Source of the DNA: an uncultured Alphaproteobacteria bacterium
GTDB lineage: Bacteria > Pseudomonadota > Alphaproteobacteria > ATCC43930 > CGMCC-115725
Assembly: GCA_963750195.1 (NCBI GenBank)
Contig: CAVVPS010000016.1
Coordinates: 968,093-1,000,092 of the forward strand
Direction: 5' to 3'
Length of the DNA: 32,000 bases
The position numbers and the translations under genes were made by a program. This document shows, one piece after another, positions 8,643 to 16,690 of the stretch. Within the stretch, counting starts at the first letter, position 1, and each line of letters begins with the position of its first letter. The notes under the pieces were generated by a model, which did not search any database, had not been told where the DNA came from, and worked only from the letters and a program-made list of their open reading frames with translations.

Positions 8643-10368
8643 CTATTCTGCCGCGCTGCGGACCAAACCCGGCCCGCTCGGCAGGAAGCGGTCGAGCACC
8701 TGCCCCGGGTCCCTTGGCGAGCCGGCGATAGTCCTCGCCGTCGAACACCTCGACCCCGTTGACAAAGACGCCGTGGACGCCCTTCGGGTCGCGGATCGTG
8801 CGCGGGCCGCCGCCCGGCAGATCGTTGACCCGGCGCGCCGGCGACACGCCGACATTGTCCGGGTCGAACAGCAGCAGATCGGCAAAGGCGCCGGTCTCGA
8901 TCCGGCCGCGATCGGGAATGCCATAGAGCCCGGCCTGATGGCTGGTCAGCCGGCGCACGCCCTCGGCCAGGTCGAACAGGCCCGCGCTCGCGCACCCAAT
9001 GCCCGAGCAGGTACAGCCCGAACCCGGCGTCGCACAGATACATCAGATGCGCGCCGGCATCGGACAACGCCACGACGCCGGCCGGGTGCTTCAGCAATTC
9101 GGCCACACCTTCGTCGACGGCGTTGAAGAACAGGCCGAGGAACGCGGTCTGCAGATCCTCTTCGAGGCCGAGATCGAGCATCACGTCGAGCGGGTCGCCG
9201 CCCTCGCTCGCGGGCGATGTCGGCGATGTTGCGGTTGGCAGCCCGGCGTTCTTGCGCAATACCGGAACCGCGACGACGACGCGGTGCCAATTGCCCTGGA
9301 ACACCGTGCCCGGCCGCGGCTGCGCGCAAATTCTGCCGGAACCGCTCGCGGAAGCCGGGGTCGCGGAACACTGCTTTCAGCTTCGTCGGGCGAAAACGCC
9401 TTGATCGGCTCGAAGGCTTCGTGGCTGTAGAACGGATAGGCGCTCTCCAGGGTGAAATCGAACGACAATGGCTGGCAGGTCAGCTGGATATGCACGTTGA
9501 TTGCCGCGCGCCTGGGCGGCGGCGCAGGCGTCGAACATCTCGATCGCGCGGCGCGGGTATTGCTCGTTGTAGAGCGCCAATGCCGTGCTCATGAAGATGC
9601 GCCGGCCGTGGCGCCCGGCGATCTCCTCCATCTCGGCGACCGGTGTGCTGACCCGGACGAGATCTCGACCACACCCCGCCCCGGTGCGCCCATCGCGCCG
9701 ACCAGCGCGTCGAATTCGCCCAAGTCGCTGATCGTCGACGGCATCGGGACGCCGCCCCAGCCGGAATGATTGAGCGAATAGGAGGCGCCGAGCCCGACCG
9801 CACCCTGGCTCATCGCCTCGGCCACCAGCCGCTTCATTTCGGCGAGTTCGGCCGGGGTCGGCTGTTTGCGGACCGAGGCGTCCTCGCCCATGACCGCGGT
9901 GCGCACCGCCGAGTGGCCGACAAACACCGCGAGATTGGCGTAGGGCGCGCGGCGCCGGACCGCGGCCAGATATTCGGCAAAGCTCTGGAATTCCCAATTG
10001 ATGCCGGCGCGCAACGCGTCGATGTCCATGCCCTCGACGACCGCGAGGTTGCGCATGATCAGGTCGCGCAAATGGGGCGGGGAGGGGACGATGCCAAAGC
10101 CGCAATTCCCCATGACCGCGGTGGTGACGCCGAGCGAGGGCGACGGCGACAGGGTCGGGTCCCAGGTGACCTGCGCGTCGTAATGGGTGTGGATGTCGAT
10201 GATGCCCGGCATCAGGGTCAGCCCGCCGGCGTCGACCACCCGCTCGGCGATGCGGCCGACCTCGCCGATCGCCGCGATGCGCCCGTTCTCGACCGCGACA
10301 TCGGCCCGCCGCGGCTCATGCCCGAGCCCGTCGACAACCGTCGCCCCGCGGATCACCAGATCATACAT
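8643..10368 (-). pseudogene. D-aminoacylase / N-acyl-D-amino-acid deacylase family amidohydrolase, about 8 frameshifts
   Basis: The N-terminus is MYDLVIRGATVVDGLGHEPRRADVAVENGRIAAIG..MPGIIDIHTHYD... The remainder can be followed through seven ORF-track fragments (VRVSTPVAEMEEIAG.., HIQLTCQPLSFDFTLESAYPF.., VFRDPGFRERFRQNL, FQGNWHRVVV..DPLDVMLDLGLEEDL..SDAGAHLMYLCDAGFG.., LFDLAEGVRRLTSHQAGLYGIPDRGRI..DLLLFDP.., QVLDRFLPSGPGLVRSAAE*). Confidence 0.8.
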
Positions 10369-10513
10369 GCCAAGTCTCCTCCCTAACGCCAGCGGAGACT
10401 AAACCCGCCCCCCGCCGCCGCCAGCACCCGCCGCGGGCATCAGCGATGCGGTTCGCGTTTCGGCGGGTCATATGTGCAATAATGTCCCTTATCCGACGTG
10501 CAGGAGGAGTGTG

Positions 10514-11092
10514 ATGAGGAAGGAACCGACGGCCGAGCCTTCGGCGGAAAAAGGCGCTTCGCACGGCCTGACTGGGGCGTCCGTTAAAGCTTTTGCGGAC
10601 GCTGTAGTAATAATTGACGGGGTGTTCCGACGCTGGATTGCTGACTTGATGAGTCTCAAAGGCACTGGCAAGGCTAGGGAACTAAACAAAGAGATGTTGG
10701 GATTACAGTTCGACTCGGGTGAATTCCTAAAGATCCTAGTCAGTATTGCGGACGGCGAATTTACAAACAGTGAAGTGGAAACTCTAGCTGAATTGCTGCA
10801 ATCCACGGCGGCAAGCGTAGATGGAACACTCCTTAGCTTGAGGGAGGACCATCGCGAGTTTTTGAATGCACGATATGGAGCACAATTCTGGAACAGAGTA
10901 GATACAAAAGTCCGTGCGATGAAGAATAATATTAGAAAAAATATCCTGCAATCGAGCCAGATGAAAGGATCAAAAACGGAGAAAGGCGCTATCGCATCGG
11001 AAATACTGAAGAAGATCGAAGAATTTAATAATGATCTAGCGTTAATTTGCGAAATTATAAGCCCGCCGCTTCAAAAGCCGAAATCCTCATGA
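10514..11092 (+). CDS. hypothetical protein (192 aa, predicted all-helical), low-GC orphan
   Basis: ATG at 10514 preceded by AGGAGG. The GC content is clearly lower than the flanks. I recognise no motif. Confidence 0.5.
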   Translation: MRKEPTAEPSAEKGASHGLTGASVKAFADAVVIIDGVFRRWIADLMSLKGTGKARELNKEMLGLQFDSGEFLKILVSIADGEFTNSEVETLAELLQSTAASVDGTLLSLREDHREFLNARYGAQFWNRVDTKVRAMKNNIRKNILQSSQMKGSKTEKGAIASEILKKIEEFNNDLALICEIISPPLQKPKSS

Positions 11093-11157
11093 ACTATTCG
11101 ATTATTTTATTGGCTACTCCGTCCCCAGTCTAATTGCGGCTGGGGGAAGGAAAGCCT

Positions 11158-11296
11158 CCTATCACTCCCTCGAATTCTTCACGGTGCAGAATCCGGCGGC
11201 GCGCCGCCGCGGCCAGTATGGAAACCAAGCTCGGCAACCACAGCTTCCGAGCGACCGGGATCACCGCCTATCTCAAGAACGGCGGCACGCTGGAAA
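11158..11296 (+). pseudogene. tyrosine recombinase/integrase remnant, proximal part (HxxR box)
   Basis: ..IRRRAAAASMETKLGNHSFRATGITAYLKNGGTLE. Only the last ~80 codons of an integrase remain, and the reading frame is cut by the IS66 element after base 11296. Confidence 0.7.
11289..11296. repeat. IS66 target-site duplication, left copy (GCTGGAAA)
   Basis: An identical 8-mer directly abuts both IS ends (11289-11296 and 13744-13751). Confidence 0.85.
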
Positions 11297-11354
11297 GTGA
11301 GCGCTCGGTGAAGGGCGCCTGCCGTTGATCGTCGCTTGGGGCGATGATCGGGGG

Positions 11355-11756
11355 ATGGCAGAGACCGTAACGGAAGTGTCCACCAACGGCGTAGTGGACA
11401 CTAAGCGAAGCTCCAATGGCTCCAAGCGTCGCCAATGGACCCGGGCATTGAAACGCCGGATCGTGGCCGAGACGCTGGAGCCTGGCGCGTCGGTTTCGAT
11501 CGTGGCGCGGCGGCATGATGTAAACGCGAACCAGGTTTTTAAATGGCGGCGCGAGATGGCGCCGAAGCCGCGGGCCGCGGCGAAGCAAAGCGTCACCATG
11601 CTGCCGGTGGAGATCGTGCCGGAAGCGAACGAGCCGCGCCCGCGAGCACGGCGCAGCGGCGTGATCGAGATCACGTTCGGGTGCGGCACGCGCGTGTGTC
11701 TTCGCGGCGCGGTGTCGCCTGAGATGCTGCGGCAGGTGATCGAGCTATTGCAATGA
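11355..11756 (+). CDS. tnpA: IS66 family accessory protein TnpA (orf1)
   Basis: [52 protein letters not shown] contains an HTH. The stop overlaps the tnpB start (ATGA). Confidence 0.8.
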   Translation: MAETVTEVSTNGVVDTKRSSNGSKRRQWTRALKRRIVAETLEPGASVSIVARRHDVNANQVFKWRREMAPKPRAAAKQSVTMLPVEIVPEANEPRPRARRSGVIEITFGCGTRVCLRGAVSPEMLRQVIELLQ

Positions 11757-12100
11757 TCGGTCTGCCGGCAGGCACGCGCGTGTGGCTGGCGGTCGGTCGC
11801 ACCGACATGCGAAAGGGCTTTGACGGGCTTGCCGCCGCGGTCCAGGAGCGAATGGCGCAGGATCCGTTCTGCGGCCATCTGTTTGTGTTTCGCGGTCGGC
11901 GCGGCGATCTGATCAAGGTGCTGTGGTGGGACGGGCAGGGTCTGTGCCTGTTCGCCAAGCGACTGGAGAAGGGCCGGTTTGTGTGGCCCTCGCCGGCCGA
12001 CGGTAAGGTCGTGATCACGTCGGCGCAGCTGGGCATGCTGCTGGAGGGGATCGATTGGCGGATGCCGCGGCGGACCTGGCAGCCGGAGCTAGCTGGCTGA
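11753..12100 (+). CDS. tnpB: IS66 family TnpB (orf2)
   Basis: [68 protein letters not shown] is a canonical IS66 Orf2. Confidence 0.9.
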   Translation: MIGLPAGTRVWLAVGRTDMRKGFDGLAAAVQERMAQDPFCGHLFVFRGRRGDLIKVLWWDGQGLCLFAKRLEKGRFVWPSPADGKVVITSAQLGMLLEGIDWRMPRRTWQPELAG

Positions 12101-12169
12101 CTGCGGCCGATTGACTCACCCTATGGTTGAGCAGCGATTGAACCTTGGCGACGTGAGATAATCGCGCTC

Positions 12170-13718
12170 GTGCCGACCCCGGAAGCCCTGCCCGACGACA
12201 TCGCGGCATTGAAGCGGATCATCGCCGAGATGGCGCGCGATGCGGTGTCGGCGCGGGCCGAGATCGCCCGGCTGAAGTTCCAATTGGCGCGCTACCGCCG
12301 CGCCGAGTTCGGCCGGTCCTCGGAGAAGCTGGCACGCGAGACCGAACAGCTCGAGCTCGGCGATCGAAGCCCTGGAAACCGACCAAGCCGAGCGGCTGGC
12401 GAGCGCCGCGCACGAGGCGGCCGCCATCGTCGAAAGCGTGGCCGAGGGGCAAAAGCCAGCCCGCCGGCCGTTGCCCGAGCACCTGCCGCGCGAGGAGGTG
12501 ATGCATCGCGCCGGCCCAGCTTGCCCGAGCTGCGGCGGCGCGCTGCGGCGGATTGGCGAGGACGCGACCGAGACCCTCGATTACGTGCCCGGCCGCTTCA
12601 AGGTGGTCCGGCACGTCCGCGAGAAGCTCTCCTGCCGGACTTGCGACACGGTGGTGGCGGCGCCGGCGCCGGATCACGCGATCGCCCGCGGTCGCGCCGG
12701 CGCGGGGTTGCTGGCGCACATCCTGGTCTCGAAGTACGACGACCATCTGCCGCTCTATCGCCAGGCCGAGATCTTCGCCCGCGAGGGCGTCGGCCTGGAA
12801 ACCTCGACCCTGTCCGGCTGGGTCGGCGCGACGGCGGCGGCGCTGAAGCCGCTGGTCGACGCGCTCGCCGCCGAGATCATGGCTTCGGACACCCTGCACG
12901 TTGACGATACGCCGGTGCCGGTTCTGGCGCCGGGCACCGGCAAGACCAAGACCGGGCGGCTGTGGGTCTATGTCCGCGACGAGCGGCCATTTGCCGGGGC
13001 GCGACCGCCGGCGGCGCTGTTCCGCTACTCGGCCGACCGCAAGGGCGAGCACCCGCGGACCCATCTGAAGGCGTTCACCGGCGTCATCCACGCCGACGGC
13101 TATGCCGGCTTTAACGAGCTGTTCGCTGGCAACCGGATCACCGAGGCCGCCTGCTGGGCGCACGTCAGGCGCAAGTTCTTCGACGTCCATGCCGCCACCG
13201 GCTCGCCGATCGCCAAGCAGGCGCTCGACCGCATCGGCGACCTCTACAAGATCGACAAGACGATCGCCGGTTTGCCGCCCGATGTTCGGCGAGGGGAACG
13301 TCAGCAGCGGTCCAAGCCGATCGCCGAGGCGCTGGCCGCCTGGGCGGAGACGACACTGCGCCGGCTGTCCCGCAAATCCGAACTCGCCAAGGCCTTCCGC
13401 TACATGCGCTCGCGCTGGAAGGCACTGCTGCGATGCTTCGACGACGGCCGCCTCGCCCTCGACAACAACCCCGCCGAGCGGGCGCTGCGCTGTGTCGCGA
13501 TCGGCCGCAAGAACTATCTGTTCGCCGGTTCCGACGCCGGCGGCCACCGCGCCGCGGCGATCTACTCCCTGATCGAGACCGCCAAGCTCAACCGCCGCAA
13601 CCCGCAGCACTACCTCGCCGACGTGCTGGCCCGCATCGCCGATCACCCGGCCCGGAAAATCGCCGATCTCCTCCCCTGGAACTGGACGCCCGCCGACCTT
13701 CAGCGCGCCGCCGCCTGA
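12170..13718 (+). pseudogene. tnpC: IS66 family transposase TnpC, one frameshift near 12358-12362
   Basis: GTG start with ..LPDDIAALKRIIAEM..FGRSSEKLARETEQLEL. The frame then moves +1 to AIEALETDQAERL..CPSCGGALRRIGED..LYRQAEIFAREGV..DDTPVPVL..GRLWVY..HADGYAGF.. Confidence 0.85.
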
Positions 13719-13743
13719 CCCAGCGCCCTCACCGAGCGCTTAC

Positions 13744-13751
13744 GCTGGAAA
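13744..13751. repeat. IS66 target-site duplication, right copy (GCTGGAAA)
   Basis: See the left copy. Confidence 0.85.
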
Positions 13752-13855
13752 AGCCCGCCGCAATGGCAAACCGCGCCTCGACGCGCACGACGCAGCTCTA
13801 TGACCGCCGGCGCGATGAGGTCAGTCTCGATGAGGTCGAGTGGATCGCCATTTAA
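13744..13855 (+). pseudogene. tyrosine recombinase remnant, distal part (catalytic Tyr)
   Basis: After in-silico removal of the IS plus one TSD copy, the frame is restored: ..GGTLE-KPAAMANRASTRTTQLYDRRRDEVSLDEVEWIAI*. Confidence 0.7.
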
Positions 13856-13918
13856 AGTTACCAAACCATTCCGTGATAAAAGGGGCGCAGAAAATCTCTA
13901 AGTGCCGGAATTAGCGAA

Positions 13919-14644
13919 ATGCCTCAAATGTCGCATCATGCCGTAGTATCTAAGGAACCGCTTGACCGCATCTCGGCAGCTTTCGACAGATTCCAGGAAG
14001 CACATTTCTGGATACATGGTCTTGAAGGTTATTATCATCTTGCTGCCCATTTCCGATGGCACCTGAACGCCTTTCTCAAGGCCCTCCACGAAGTTCCACA
14101 CCTGTTGCAAATGGAACTTCAGAACGAGGCGGGATTTAAGCTCTGGTTCCGCGAACGGAGACAGCGCCTTTCGAACGATCCGCTGATACGTCTCTTTTCA
14201 AAGCATCGAGATCTAGTCGTGCATCAGCGGATGTTGGTGCCGAATAGCAATTGCAGCGTCGGCGTCACCGAGCTGCGCGGTATGAAGCTTGGCATGGGTC
14301 TCCGAATAGATCCGCTCGAGGATAGCGACAATGCCATGCGACGTTATTTGAAAGTCGTCGCGGAGCGCGGTGACTTTCTGGGAATTTTGATACCAGATGA
14401 GGATTCTATTCCATGCGTTTATCGGGAATGGCGGCTGCCCGATTTTGATGTGGAAATTATCGAAGCATGCGCACAAGCGTGGCTACGTATGGGCCAGATC
14501 CTCGTCGAAGTGCTTCGCTGGATGGGATTCGAACCACCTCCGCTAGCTCTAGATTGCCGCCACGGCACGCAGAAGGTTCAATTCAAGCTCTATGAGCGTG
14601 GCAAGCTCACCGAACAGCTCCGTGGTCTACGTATTTCCTCGTAA
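13919..14644 (+). CDS. hypothetical protein (241 aa), lower-GC orphan
   Basis: Uninterrupted ORF with non-GC-biased codon usage. I recognise no motif. Confidence 0.5.
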   Translation: MPQMSHHAVVSKEPLDRISAAFDRFQEAHFWIHGLEGYYHLAAHFRWHLNAFLKALHEVPHLLQMELQNEAGFKLWFRERRQRLSNDPLIRLFSKHRDLVVHQRMLVPNSNCSVGVTELRGMKLGMGLRIDPLEDSDNAMRRYLKVVAERGDFLGILIPDEDSIPCVYREWRLPDFDVEIIEACAQAWLRMGQILVEVLRWMGFEPPPLALDCRHGTQKVQFKLYERGKLTEQLRGLRISS

Positions 14645-14837
14645 CCGGGGCCGGTCTTTCGTGCGATTTTATTCGCGAGCCGCGCGGCACGCCTCCAGCC
14701 GATACACCGGTTAACACGTGGATGAGAGCGGTGTGGGAGTGGTTCGCCAGCAAACGTAGAGCGGAACAGCGCAGCGCCTTCCGCCTGTTTGCCGGCGTCG
14801 GAAGTGTGAGCCCGCGACCTGTTTGCAGATCGCGCGC

Positions 14838-15221
14838 TCACTCCGCTATGTGGAACCACGGCAGGTGTTCTGCACGGAATACGTGCCGTGTGGGCTTAAG
14901 CTCAGCCGCGCGATCAAACGCGCCGATATGGAAATGTGTTTCAGTCGGCAAGCTCGCGCTTTCGCAGGTCAATGTTGATCCGCACCGGCTGCAGAACCCG
15001 CGCCGGGTTCGCCCCGGCGTCGAATCGAATTTCGTTATCTCGCCCCGCGTGACCCTATAAGCCGTTTGTTCGAACGCGACAAAAACCGACGCGGGTGCGC
15101 CGCTATGCCTACGGCAACTTTCACAATGGCACCAATACGCGCCTTTCGGTTGACTAGTAGCAATAAAACGGACGGCGCCGCACAGGCAGCCACCTTCGAA
15201 TCGGTCCGCCACACCGCTCAT
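14838..15221 (-). CDS. GFA (glutathione-dependent formaldehyde-activating / CENP-V-like) family protein
   Basis: GGCLCGAVRF..WCHCESCRRHSGAP..GFCSRCGSTL shows the typical GFA Cys-rich zinc motifs. Confidence 0.8.
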   Translation of the reverse strand: MSGVADRFEGGCLCGAVRFIATSQPKGAYWCHCESCRRHSGAPASVFVAFEQTAYRVTRGEITKFDSTPGRTRRGFCSRCGSTLTCESASLPTETHFHIGAFDRAAELKPTRHVFRAEHLPWFHIAE

Positions 15222-15732
15222 GACCTTGATCCTCCCTCGTGTATTAGGGTCGGTTAGTAAGTGGCAACGACCGGATTATCAAGTAAAGATGCGCGAAGGG
15301 GCGAAATGCGCCTTACAGCATAACCTGCGACGACAAAGTTGCCATCATCGCATGATATGCTCTTGTCTCGGTGCGGCTGGATAATGGGCGGCAGGGTTGA
15401 CCGGGACGAAGCGAACGACAGCTGATATTTCGCTGCAAATAACAGCAAAAGCAGCAAAGCGGGCGGGTGGCCATTGCCGGGATTTGGGCAATCCGGTCGG
15501 ACGGCTGCGGTCTGGCGGGGGGGCCGCAACCAATGCGCGATTTATCGCTGCTGATTTGCTGCAGGAGCAGCCAGCTGTTTTTCTTCCATCAATCAAGGGG
15601 TGTATTCTGCTTCACCCGCCGATCCCGACGGGAACCCTGGGAGTGACCTGTTCGGGCAGTGCGGCCTCTCGGCGCAGTAGGCCTGCTTTGCCTGGCTCGA
15701 CGCTCAAACCCAAGATCAGGGTGTCGGCAGTT

Positions 15733-15754
15733 GCCCCCCTCCCCGGAGGGGGGC
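15733..15754 (-). terminator. strong GC hairpin 16 nt downstream of the 15770 stop
   Basis: GCCCCCCT-ccccgg-AGGGGGGC forms an 8-bp stem. No clear U-tract on either strand, so the terminator role is tentative. Confidence 0.35.
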
Positions 15755-15769
15755 GGCTCGATGGGCTTG

Positions 15770-16534
15770 TTATCGCCCGGGCGCCTCTGGAGTGCTGCGT
15801 ATCCACTTGCGGTGTCCGAGCGAAATACGATGCCGGCGGGACCCGAGGTGCGGGCGGGTCATGTAGTGCAGCCGCTGCGGCTCCAGCCCCGGCCCTTCGG
15901 CCATAGCGTATAGTACGTTCGGCTGCCATGTCTGCTCGCCGATTTTGCGCTGCAACAGATAGGTGCCGTGAGCCTGCGTCGGGCACGGTCCGGTCAAATA
16001 CCCCCCATAGTCATATCGCGTGTCGGTGTTCATGCGATAATAAGCGGGTGTGGCCCAACCGCTGACGAGGACATTGTCGATTGGGTACCCCTGGGTAGGA
16101 AGCATAACGATGTCACCCGGCTCGACTTGGTATGACATGTCGTCGTAATCGATCGTGCTGACCAAATTGGGATCGACCAACATTTCGATGATCTCGTGCG
16201 ACAAAACTCTGCTCGGGCTCTCCCGGGTGAGGCCCGGCGAGTTCCACGGCGAGTTGAGTTCTTTTTTGGCCAAGACTTTTCCCATGGGCTGTCCATTACT
16301 GCCTAATTCATGGTAGCCGAGGTTGATCGTCGATAACTCGTCGTCCAGAACCACCATCCACCACTCGTCTCCGGTCGGCCGAGGCGATCCCGAAGGCAAG
16401 TTGTGGAGTGTCGCGGAAACGCCCCAGAACGGCGCGACATGCTCGGTGATCTGCCGCTGCACCGCCGCTGTCCAAGTTGCCAAGTCCTCGTCACTCACCA
16501 CCGTACTTTCGTTGATGACAATTATATCCGGCAT
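15770..16534 (-). CDS. hypothetical protein (254 aa) with an HEIIE motif
   Basis: Uninterrupted ORF containing ..SRVLSHEIIEMLVDP... No family recognised. The GC-rich C-terminal ~30 aa may not be genuine. Confidence 0.45.
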   Translation of the reverse strand: MPDIIVINESTVVSDEDLATWTAAVQRQITEHVAPFWGVSATLHNLPSGSPRPTGDEWWMVVLDDELSTINLGYHELGSNGQPMGKVLAKKELNSPWNSPGLTRESPSRVLSHEIIEMLVDPNLVSTIDYDDMSYQVEPGDIVMLPTQGYPIDNVLVSGWATPAYYRMNTDTRYDYGGYLTGPCPTQAHGTYLLQRKIGEQTWQPNVLYAMAEGPGLEPQRLHYMTRPHLGSRRHRISLGHRKWIRSTPEAPGR

Positions 16535-16690
16535 TTGGAGGATCCTGGGTCAGATTTTAATGAATATTTACTATATCATGCCGCAGTCGTGCCGCAAAAC
16601 GGTTCCAGAACAGATAATGGAGACGCCCGGCGTCGCGCACATCGAGCGGGCGGCCGATCGACGGATTGGGCACGGATTGGGGGGAGCGGG

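Larger units (their letters stand above)
11297..13743 (+). mobile_element. IS66-family insertion sequence (2447 bp), complete ends
   Basis: Terminal inverted repeats are GTGAGCGCTCGGTGAAGGGCGC (left) and GTAAGCGCTCGGTGAGGGCGC (right, reverse complement). It has the three-ORF tnpA-tnpB-tnpC organisation and an 8-bp TSD. Confidence 0.9.

Noticed and set aside
12350-12365. Possible programmed ribosomal frameshift in IS66 tnpC
   Set aside because: There is no slippery heptamer at the shift site (ctcgagctcggcgatc), and IS66 transposases are normally encoded in one frame. I treat it as a mutation or error.
12219-13646. 475-aa minus-strand ORF, the longest in this part of the track
   Set aside because: It lies antisense to the IS66 tnpC coding sequence. 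Its composition is Arg/Gly/Ala/Pro-rich, typical of shadow ORFs in ~65% GC DNA, and it has no recognisable motif.
14521-14545. tRNA T-arm-like string (minus strand GGTGGTTCGAATCCCATCC), considered as a possible tRNA fragment or att site
   Set aside because: The flanking bases do not pair into a T-stem or acceptor stem. The string lies inside the 13919-14644 coding frame (..WMGFEPPP..), so I judge it coincidental.
14644-14660. Short hairpin ACCG-gggc-CGGT followed by a T-rich stretch after the 13919-14644 gene, considered as a terminator
   Set aside because: The stem is only 4 bp and overlaps the stop codon, which is too weak to call.
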